A stretch of DNA of 24,000 nt from Synechococcus sp. RS9909. GTDB lineage: Bacteria; Cyanobacteriota; Cyanobacteriia; PCC-6307; Cyanobiaceae. Positions within the stretch are counted from its first letter, which is position 1. Each line of letters begins with the position of its first letter. This document shows positions 15,732-22,153 of this stretch, piece after piece. The stretch lies in the NCBI RefSeq assembly GCF_014279595.1, contig NZ_CP047943.1:1772422-1796421 (forward strand). Direction: 5' to 3'. A model generated the notes under the pieces. That model had not been told where the DNA came from, searched no databases, and worked only from the letters and a program-made list of their open reading frames with translations. The position numbers and the translations under genes are program-made.

Positions 15732-16090
15732 GGCTGCGCCAATCCCTCCGGCCGCTCCAGATGAATCGGCACGTTGCTCTGGCGCCTCAGCCAGCTGAGA
15801 TCGGCCGCAACCGCAGCGCTGGTGCGTGCACTGGAGGGCAGAAGCAACACCGCAGAGGGCCTGGGCCTGGCCTGACGCAAGGAGCGAGCCAACACCGCGG
15901 ACGACACGGCATCACCATTGAGATACCAGCTGCCGCTGCTGGAGCGGACCAGCAGCCATTGGCCCGCCGTCCGGGTCTTGGCTGCCGCCTCGACGACGGC
16001 AAGGTCCGGCGAACTCAGCAATGCGGGCACCAGAGCCAGAAAGCCGGTCAGGCTGACCACAACAACCGCAGTGGCAAGCACGAAAGGCAT
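15728..16090 (-). CDS. ExbD/TolR-like biopolymer transport protein (copy 1)
   Basis: 120 aa from the ATG at 16090 (TGATG overlap with the ExbB-like stop). MPFVLATAVVVVSL compares with ExbD TPFIDVMLVLLIIF. The periplasmic part WLLVRSSSGSWYLNGDAVSSAVLARSL...AVLLLPSSARTSAAVAADLSWL has the same pattern. Confidence 0.5.
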   Translation of the reverse strand: MPFVLATAVVVVSLTGFLALVPALLSSPDLAVVEAAAKTRTAGQWLLVRSSSGSWYLNGDAVSSAVLARSLRQARPRPSAVLLLPSSARTSAAVAADLSWLRRQSNVPIHLERPEGLAQP

Positions 16091-16611
16091 CAACCCAGGG
16101 CCGCTCGGCGGTGGAAACAAGCGTCGGCGAAGGTGCTGATCACCGCCTGGCGTTGCATCCGGCAGAGACGCTGCACCACCAAGGCGATGGTGGCAATCAA
16201 CAGACCCAGCACGGTGCCCACCAGCACCTGGCCATAGCCCACCACCAGGGCAGCACTCTGCGCCGGGAGCACCAGATCAGGGCCCAGATCCCTGAGCAAA
16301 CGCATGAGGCCCACCACGCTGGCGAGCAGACCGAGCAGGGGGCCGAGCACCATGGCGAGCTCCAGGCAGCCATCCCAGCGAGACAGCGATCGCTCCAGTC
16401 GGCGGCAAAGCCGCTCCTGATGCAACGCCGCCTGGGCGGCGGTTCGATCACTGACTTCACTGAGCAGGGCCTCGAGCTGGGCGGCACCGACCTGACGCCA
16501 CCGCCACCAGAACCGCAGGCGATCGATGGCCACCGCAACGACAGCCACCGACAGAAGCAGCAGAGGCACGATCAGTACGCCACCGTGGCGCAGGGCCTCA
16601 GCAGTGAGCAC
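16090..16611 (-). CDS. MotA/TolQ/ExbB-family proton-channel protein
   Basis: 173 aa with 3 TM. GGVLIVPLLLLSVAVVAVAIDRL (TM1) and LGPLLGLLASVVGLM...GYGQVLVGTVLGLLIATIALVV (TM2-TM3, compare PLLGLLGTVxGM...AL..T..GL). GTG start 18 nt after the TauE stop. Confidence 0.7.
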   Translation of the reverse strand: MLTAEALRHGGVLIVPLLLLSVAVVAVAIDRLRFWWRWRQVGAAQLEALLSEVSDRTAAQAALHQERLCRRLERSLSRWDGCLELAMVLGPLLGLLASVVGLMRLLRDLGPDLVLPAQSAALVVGYGQVLVGTVLGLLIATIALVVQRLCRMQRQAVISTFADACFHRRAALG

Positions 16612-16629
16612 GATTCCGCCACCACGCGA

Positions 16630-17463
16630 TCAGGTCGACGTTAGGGACCCCTGGACGACACCCATGTGCTGCACCTGCTTGACAGGAGCACGTTGACGCC
16701 GCAATCCCTCCCATCCTGTGAGCAAGGCCGCAGACACCAGCAGGACAGAGAAGCCGATGCGGAGCTGGCGATCCTTGAAATGGGGCGCAAGGGCCTGGCC
16801 GACCAGTCCACCCACCCCACCGCCGATCAACAGGGGAAGTACCAGGGGCAACCGTTCGGCAGGCCAGTGCCCCAGGGCACCGAGGGCCACCAGGCTGTTC
16901 AGGGCAATCAGCACCAGGCTGGTGCCGCTCGCCAACTGCATCGGCAGGCCGGCCAGAAGCACGAGGGCTGGCACGAGCGCAAAGCCGCCACCGACGCCGG
17001 CAATGCCCGTCAGCAAGCCCACCAACACCCCCTGCAGCATCAGGGCCGGTGCTCGCACCGTGGCAGCGGCAACAGCGGGCTCGTCATGCGCGCGATCCGT
17101 TCGCTTCTGACGGCTGAGCATCAACCAGGCCGCCAGCAGGGCCGCGATGGCAAACACAGCCAGCTGCACCGGCTCGGCGATCCAGCCAGCCTTCACCATC
17201 GTGCCTCCGATCCAGGCCCCCATCAGGGCCGGAACCCCCAGCAGCAGGGCCGGACGGGGCGCGACGAGGCGACGGCGCAGATAGGGAATCATGTTGGCGA
17301 TCGCCAGCAGGGTCACCACCACCAGCGAAAGGGGCACCGCATCGCGGGTGGAGAGGCCAGCTCCCGTCACGAGGATGGGAAGCAGCAGGATCGATCCACC
17401 GGCACCGAGCACCGCCAACAGGAAACCGATCACACCACCACCGAGAAGCAGCAACGCAATCAC
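16630..17463 (-). CDS. TauE/SafE (DUF81) family sulfite/organosulfonate exporter-like membrane protein
   Basis: Duplicated 4-TM halves with LGAGGSILLLPIL and GIAGVGGGFALVPALVL motifs. The GTG start overlaps the upstream stop (GTGA 17460-17463). Confidence 0.8.
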   Translation of the reverse strand: MIALLLLGGGVIGFLLAVLGAGGSILLLPILVTGAGLSTRDAVPLSLVVVTLLAIANMIPYLRRRLVAPRPALLLGVPALMGAWIGGTMVKAGWIAEPVQLAVFAIAALLAAWLMLSRQKRTDRAHDEPAVAAATVRAPALMLQGVLVGLLTGIAGVGGGFALVPALVLLAGLPMQLASGTSLVLIALNSLVALGALGHWPAERLPLVLPLLIGGGVGGLVGQALAPHFKDRQLRIGFSVLLVSAALLTGWEGLRRQRAPVKQVQHMGVVQGSLTST

Positions 17464-17987
17464 GGGCGCACCTGATTCCAGGGCATGGCAGCCAGCAGGC
17501 GAGCCATCCCGCAGAAACCACTGATGCCGGCGAACATCAAGCCGGCACCGACAAAGCCACTGAGCCAGATCCAGCCCGGGGCCACCAGCACCGACAGAAG
17601 CACGCCAGCGAGCACCAGGCCGCCGGCCACGATCTGCACCTGACGCATCAGGGGCAACGGGGCCCCCTTGCGCTTCTCCACAGGAAGACCGGCCTGCTGC
17701 CAGGCCAACATGCCGCCCTCCAGATCCGCGAGGCCTTCGCCGAAGCCCTTGGCGCGCAGAGCCGCCATCCCCCGCTCACTGCGGGCACCGCTCTGGCACA
17801 CCAGCACCAGAGGCGCGGAAGGGAGTGGCGCTTCGGTGAGCTGACCGAGGGGCACATTGCGACTGCCGGCGATATGGCCGCCGACGTATTCCATCGGTTC
17901 ACGCACGTCGATCACGCTGACGCGACCCTGGCGTAAACGGTCCTGCAATTCGTGGGGACTGAGACGCAATGGAGTGATGCTGGTCAT
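17460..17987 (-). CDS. Rhodanese domain fused to a DUF2892 membrane domain (YgaP-like)
   Basis: 175 aa from the ATG at 17987: MTSITPLRLSPHELQDRL..., active-site loop VCQSGARS (CxxxxR). C-terminal VAGGLVLAGVLLS...GAGLMFAGISGFCGMARLL matches the DUF2892 pattern. The longer track ORF (to 18320) reads through a C/T-rich spacer and the upstream gene. Confidence 0.8.
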   Translation of the reverse strand: MTSITPLRLSPHELQDRLRQGRVSVIDVREPMEYVGGHIAGSRNVPLGQLTEAPLPSAPLVLVCQSGARSERGMAALRAKGFGEGLADLEGGMLAWQQAGLPVEKRKGAPLPLMRQVQIVAGGLVLAGVLLSVLVAPGWIWLSGFVGAGLMFAGISGFCGMARLLAAMPWNQVRP

Positions 17988-17993
17988 GGCGAA

Positions 17994-18028
17994 GGGATGG
18001 GGTGAATGGGAATGGGAAGGGGAAGGGG
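17994..18028 (+). other. G-tract array (six G3-4 runs, loops 2-5 nt); canonical G-quadruplex motif on the + strand, C/T-rich on the mRNA-sense (-) strand
   Basis: GGGatGGGGtgaatGGGaatGGGaaGGGGaaGGGG read directly. It lies in the 85-nt spacer between the PDO-rhodanese and ygaP-like genes. Confidence 0.7.
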
Positions 18029-18072
18029 AAGGAAGGCGGTGAATCAACCCTGGGAAACAGGTCCGGTGCCGC

Positions 18073-19185
18073 TCAGACGCTGAGGGGTTCGGGCATGGGC
18101 AGCCCTTTGCGATACCAGTCCTGAAGTCCGCCGCGCAGGTTGGCGACCTTCTTGAAACCGGCCTTGACCAACTGCTGGGTCGCGAGGGCGGAACGGCTAC
18201 CGGCATGGCAGAACACCACGGTGGCAACCTCCGGATCGAGTCGATCGAGATGCTCCGCCAGTTCGGGCAGAGGGATGTTGCGGCTGCCGGGCAGCGCGCC
18301 ATCGGGCCCCCGGGCTTCATCGGCGTTGCGAACGTCGAGAATCGTGAGCTCGGCGAGATGGTCGGCGACCCACTCGGGCTCCAGCTCCGGCAGGCCGGAG
18401 TAGCTGCGCTTCAACGGTGCCCACGCGGGTTGGTCCGGCCCATCGATCCGGGGGCGCCCACTGCGCAGATTCGCCGGCAGGGCCTGGGCGATGCGATGCG
18501 GGTGGGGAAGTTTGAGCGATTCCATATGAATCACGAAATCCCGCTCATCGGCCCCACCACCCAGACGGGCGTTGAGGGCACGCTCCTCGGCAACGCTGGT
18601 CACCTGACGACCGCTGTAGTCGTGGCCGGGATAGAGAAGGCACTGGTCGGGCAGGGAGAGGATCTGCTCGGTGATCGAGCGATAGAGGGTGTGAGCGTTG
18701 CCCTGCTGGAAATCGGAGCGGCCGCAACCCCTGATCAACAAGGCATCGCCGGTGAAGGCCGCACTGGCGTCATCCAACACGAAGGTGAGACAGCCATCGG
18801 TGTGCCCTGGAGTGGCACGCACCTCCAGGGCACGGGCTCCGAAACCGACCCGATCGCCGTGTTGCAGGGGCTGGGTGACATTCTCGGCGCGAGCGGCGGC
18901 GGCGAGGCCGATGGCGGCACCGGTGGCCTCATGCATCAGCCAGCTGCCGGTGACATGGTCGGCATGGGCGTGGGTGTCGAGGCAGGCCACCAGATCGACC
19001 CCTAACTCACGCACCAGGGCGAGATCCCGCTCATGACGCTCGAAGACCGGATCGATCAGCACACCCTTGGCCGAGGGCACATCCACCAGGAGGTAGCTGA
19101 AGGTACCGGTCTCAGCATCGAACAACTGGCGCAGAAGCAGGGAATGGCCTCCTGCGGCGGCCTGGAGAAGCGAAGAGCTAGCCAT
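18073..19185 (-). CDS. Persulfide dioxygenase (ETHE1/Blh-type MBL fold) fused to a C-terminal rhodanese domain
   Basis: THAHADHVTG (HxHxDH), TPGHTDGC, GDALLIRGCGRSDFQQGNAHTLYRSI, LYPGHDY. C-terminal rhodanese with FCHAGSRS (CxxxxR). Confidence 0.85.
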   Translation of the reverse strand: MASSSLLQAAAGGHSLLLRQLFDAETGTFSYLLVDVPSAKGVLIDPVFERHERDLALVRELGVDLVACLDTHAHADHVTGSWLMHEATGAAIGLAAAARAENVTQPLQHGDRVGFGARALEVRATPGHTDGCLTFVLDDASAAFTGDALLIRGCGRSDFQQGNAHTLYRSITEQILSLPDQCLLYPGHDYSGRQVTSVAEERALNARLGGGADERDFVIHMESLKLPHPHRIAQALPANLRSGRPRIDGPDQPAWAPLKRSYSGLPELEPEWVADHLAELTILDVRNADEARGPDGALPGSRNIPLPELAEHLDRLDPEVATVVFCHAGSRSALATQQLVKAGFKKVANLRGGLQDWYRKGLPMPEPLSV

Positions 19186-19203
19186 GGGTCCTCAGATCAC
19201 TTT

Positions 19204-19219
19204 ATGAGTGTACACGCAT
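19204..19219. promoter_or_regulatory. 16-bp near-perfect palindrome ATGAGTGTACACGCAT (7 of 8 pairs; core GTGTACAC); candidate ArsR-family operator
   Basis: Read directly. It lies 19-34 bp upstream of the PDO-rhodanese ATG, in the divergent region shared with the ArsR-like gene. Confidence 0.3.
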
Positions 19220-19362
19220 ATCAACATCGCTCATGGTTTTCGGCCCAGGACCTGCACCACGGCGCTGTCTCCCTGGTGGTAGCGCCCTTCCGCGATCGGG
19301 CGGGCATCCATGGCCGCATCGCATCACGACGGCATAATGCCTGTATCGGCATAGGGGAGGCC

Positions 19363-19725
19363 ATGGCGAGACAACCAGAACACGCCGAAGGGTGTTCCAT
19401 GCATCAGCTCTCCCCCGAAATGATCGAGGAGCTGAGCGGCTTTTTCCGACTGCTGGGCGAACCGGCACGCCTGCGCCTGATGTGCGAAATCCGCAACGGC
19501 AGCAGCGATGTGGCCACTCTGATGGACCGCACCGGCTTCAGTCAGTCCCATCTCAGCCGCCAGCTCGGCCAACTGCAGAAAGCCGGGCTGGTGCAGGTGG
19601 AACGGGATGGGAACCGCTCTCGGTATACGGCCACCGATCCGGTGGTGGAGGCCATCTGCCAGCTGGCGCAGGAGCGGCTGATGAACCACCTGCGGCAACG
19701 GCTCGACAGCCTCAATGTCGCCTGA
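19363..19725 (+). CDS. ArsR/SmtB-family winged-helix regulator, BigR/SqrR-like (two-Cys persulfide-sensor layout)
   Basis: FFRLLGEPARLRLMCEIRNGSSDVATLMDRTGFSQSHLSRQLGQLQKAGLVQVERDGNRSRYTA (HTH). Cys in alpha2 (LMCEI) and alpha5 (AICQL). Alternative start ATG 19399. Divergent from the PDO operon. Confidence 0.75.
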   Translation: MARQPEHAEGCSMHQLSPEMIEELSGFFRLLGEPARLRLMCEIRNGSSDVATLMDRTGFSQSHLSRQLGQLQKAGLVQVERDGNRSRYTATDPVVEAICQLAQERLMNHLRQRLDSLNVA

Positions 19726-19736
19726 GCCGCCCCAGC

Positions 19737-21098
19737 TCAGGCCATCGTGACGAATTCCTCCGAGATCGTGGGGTGCAGCGCCATGGTGCGATCGAAATCG
19801 GCCTTGGTGGCCCCCATGCCAACGGCGATCGCCGCCATCTGAATGATCTCGGCCGCATGCTCTCCCACCATGTGGCAGCCGAGCACGCGATCGCTCTCCT
19901 TGTTCACCACCAGCTTGAGCAGGCAGCGCGGCCCACTCTTCGGCAAGGCCTGGGCCATGGAGCGGAACCGGGCGCGATGCACCACGATCGCCTCGGCCCC
20001 ATAACGCTCCAACGCCAGCTCTTCGCTCAGCCCTACGGTGGCCAGCTCCGGCTGGCTGAACACAGCGCTGGCGACCAGATCATGATCCACCCGACGGGGG
20101 GATCGGCCGAACACGGTGTCGGCGTAGGCGCGTCCCTCATCCACAGCCACGGGGGTCAGGCAGATCCGATCGGTCACATCACCGACGGCATGAATGTGGG
20201 GCACGTTCGTGGCCTGGTCAGCATCGACGGCAATGTGATGCCCTTCCACCGCCACCCCGGCGGCCTCCAGGTTGAGACCCTCCAGAAAAGGGCGACGACC
20301 GGTGGCGAGCAATACGCCACCGCACGCAAGCCGCTCTCCCGCCTGGGTGATCACGGTGCAATCCCCTGGCGCCCCCTCGATCGCCGCTGGACTGTGGCAG
20401 AAGCGCAAGGCGATGCCTTTCTCCTCCATGCCCTCCTGCACCACCGCCGACAGCTCACGATCGAACCCCCGGAGGAGGTGATCGCCTCGCACCAACTGGG
20501 TGACCTGCACCCCGAGGCCGCTGAGGATGCAGGCGAATTCACAGGCAATGAAGCCGGCACCCACGATCACCACCCGCTCCGGAAATTGATCCTGGAGGAA
20601 CATGTCATCGCTGACCCAACCGAGCTCGGCACCGGGAATCTGGGGCCGATGGGGGCGGCCACCGACGGCGATCAGGGTGCGCCCGGCCTGCAACACCTGC
20701 TCCGCCTCTCCTCCGGGACGCGACGACACGGCAATCCGATGGGGATCCTGAAAGCGACCCCAGCCACTCACCAGGGTGACGCCAGCCTTCTCCAACAGGC
20801 TGATGTGGAGGGCATTGAGACGATCCACCTCCTGGCGGACATTGGCCAGCAAGCGGGAGGTGTGGAACTGGGCGGAGGCGATCTCCACGCCATAGGCAGG
20901 GGCTTCCTGGAGTTGCTCACTCACCCTGGAGCCATACACCAGCAGTTTTTTGGGCACGCAGCCCCGGATCACACAGGTGCCGCCAACCCGATCCCCTTCC
21001 ACGATGGCGACTCTGGCGCCATAACGCGCCGCCCGTTTGGCAGCGGCCAGACCACCGGAACCGGCCCCCAGCACCACCAGATCAAATGACGTTTCCAT
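19737..21098 (-). CDS. gor: Glutathione-disulfide reductase
   Basis: METSFDLVVLGAGSGGLAAAKRAARYGARVAIVE, redox-active GGTCVIRGCVPKK, C-terminal HPTISEEFVTM. The ATG at 21098 is preferred over the upstream GTG at 21122. Confidence 0.9.
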   Translation of the reverse strand: METSFDLVVLGAGSGGLAAAKRAARYGARVAIVEGDRVGGTCVIRGCVPKKLLVYGSRVSEQLQEAPAYGVEIASAQFHTSRLLANVRQEVDRLNALHISLLEKAGVTLVSGWGRFQDPHRIAVSSRPGGEAEQVLQAGRTLIAVGGRPHRPQIPGAELGWVSDDMFLQDQFPERVVIVGAGFIACEFACILSGLGVQVTQLVRGDHLLRGFDRELSAVVQEGMEEKGIALRFCHSPAAIEGAPGDCTVITQAGERLACGGVLLATGRRPFLEGLNLEAAGVAVEGHHIAVDADQATNVPHIHAVGDVTDRICLTPVAVDEGRAYADTVFGRSPRRVDHDLVASAVFSQPELATVGLSEELALERYGAEAIVVHRARFRSMAQALPKSGPRCLLKLVVNKESDRVLGCHMVGEHAAEIIQMAAIAVGMGATKADFDRTMALHPTISEEFVTMA

Positions 21099-21123
21099 CG
21101 GCGCAGCCAACAGGCGACCCACA

Positions 21124-21141
21124 CATCACAGCATTGTGATG
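21124..21141. promoter_or_regulatory. Perfect inverted repeat CATCACA-N4-TGTGATG upstream of gor
   Basis: Read directly. It lies 26-43 bp upstream of the gor ATG. Confidence 0.3.
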
Positions 21142-21270
21142 ACGAACGGAGGACGACACAAGCCCTGACCTGTTCTGTGGCCAAAGGCAATCATCACCTC
21201 GGGGGTGTGCTGGGACACCTGACCGCAGGTAAAGAGATCGTTATCGTGCGGGAAAGAGCTGGAACACCCC

Positions 21271-21510
21271 ATGAAAAACAAGCGACGCCCCCAGCCACCT
21301 GATGGCCGCATCAGCGCTCCGATGCGCCGGGAACTGACCATGCTGATCACCTGCGACGACATGGCAGCCCGCTTAAAAAGCCTCGCTCAGGAAGGACGAC
21401 GCGACGATTGCCTGGCCCTGATGCAGGAGCTGGGGGAGTGGCAGAGCCGCAGCGCCAAAGCCAAAACCAGCGTGCTCTGGATCCCCTTGGTGACTCAGGC
21501 GCCCGAGTAG
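21271..21510 (+). CDS. Hypothetical small protein (79 aa, or 62 aa from MRRELT)
   Basis: Open frame with mostly G/C third positions. I recognise no family. Its stop codon sits in the loop of the 21494-21520 hairpin. Confidence 0.35.
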   Translation: MKNKRRPQPPDGRISAPMRRELTMLITCDDMAARLKSLAQEGRRDDCLALMQELGEWQSRSAKAKTSVLWIPLVTQAPE

Positions 21511-21520
21511 GGCGCCTGAG
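21494..21520. terminator. Perfect 11-bp stem / 5-nt loop hairpin between convergent genes (candidate bidirectional terminator)
   Basis: ctcaggcgccc-gagta-gggcgcctgag read directly. It starts 18 nt downstream of the cpcB stop. There is no U-tract on either side, which is common for cyanobacterial terminators but lowers confidence. Confidence 0.5.
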
Positions 21521-21537
21521 CGCAGAATGGAGCCGGA

Positions 21538-22056
21538 TCAGGCGACAGCAGCGGCAGCGCGGTCGAAGTAGGTGCCGATTTCAGACATCAGAGCGGAGCA
21601 GTCACCAGCGGTGATGCCGTTCTTGTCGTTGGCGATGGCGATAGCCGCATCCTTCATCTTGCGAACGCCTTCAGCGACGGAAGCGCCGGGGACGCCCAGG
21701 GCCAGGTAGGTCTCACGCAGGCCGTTGAGGCAACGGTCTTCCAGCACGGAAGCATCGCCGGTGAAGGCGGCGTAGGTGACGTAGCGGAGGATGATCTCCA
21801 TGTCGCGCAGGCAGGCAGCCATGCGGCGGTGGGTGTAAGCGTTCCCCCCGGGGGCGATCAGGGCGGGCTGCTGGGCGAAGAGTTCGCGAGCGGCGTTGGT
21901 GACGATGGAAGAAGCGTTGGAGGTGATGCGGTTCACAGCATCCATGCGCTTGTTGCTGTCAGCAACCATGGCAGCCAGAGCATCGATCTGGCCGGCGTTG
22001 ATGAATTCGCCACGGGCGTCAGCCTGGGCAACAACCTTGGTGAAGGCGTCGAACAT
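21538..22056 (-). CDS. cpcB: Phycocyanin beta subunit
   Basis: 172 aa: [18 protein letters not shown]...[23 protein letters not shown]...[30 protein letters not shown]...[18 protein letters not shown]...[26 protein letters not shown]. Cys-82, Cys-153 and Asn-72 contexts are intact. Near-identical in pattern to C-/R-phycocyanin beta chains. Confidence 0.9.
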   Translation of the reverse strand: MFDAFTKVVAQADARGEFINAGQIDALAAMVADSNKRMDAVNRITSNASSIVTNAARELFAQQPALIAPGGNAYTHRRMAACLRDMEIILRYVTYAAFTGDASVLEDRCLNGLRETYLALGVPGASVAEGVRKMKDAAIAIANDKNGITAGDCSALMSEIGTYFDRAAAAVA

Positions 22057-22153
22057 GGGAAAAGGGAGAAGGGGCAAGCGTTCCAGGCCAAAAGCTAGAG
22101 AGCCCGAAGCCCGAAACGCGATTCAGAATCACGGCATTGCCAACCCTTCCAGC

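Noticed and set aside
17988-18320. Long N-terminal extension of the ygaP-like ORF (track ORF 17460..18320, ...PSPSPSHSHSPHPFA...)
   Set aside because: The extension is produced by reading through the C/T-rich spacer and into the 3' end of the PDO-rhodanese gene. The rhodanese domain starts at the ATG at 17987.
19392-21089. 565-aa + ORF antisense to gor
   Set aside because: It is a shadow ORF. The minus frame encodes glutathione reductase with an intact redox-active CxxxxC and FAD/NADPH folds.
21126-21537. Looked for a cpcA gene or pseudogene downstream of cpcB
   Set aside because: No minus-strand frame here resembles a phycobiliprotein alpha chain. The 78-aa minus ORF (21126..21362) is compositionally junk, and the region is better explained by a + strand small ORF and a terminator hairpin.
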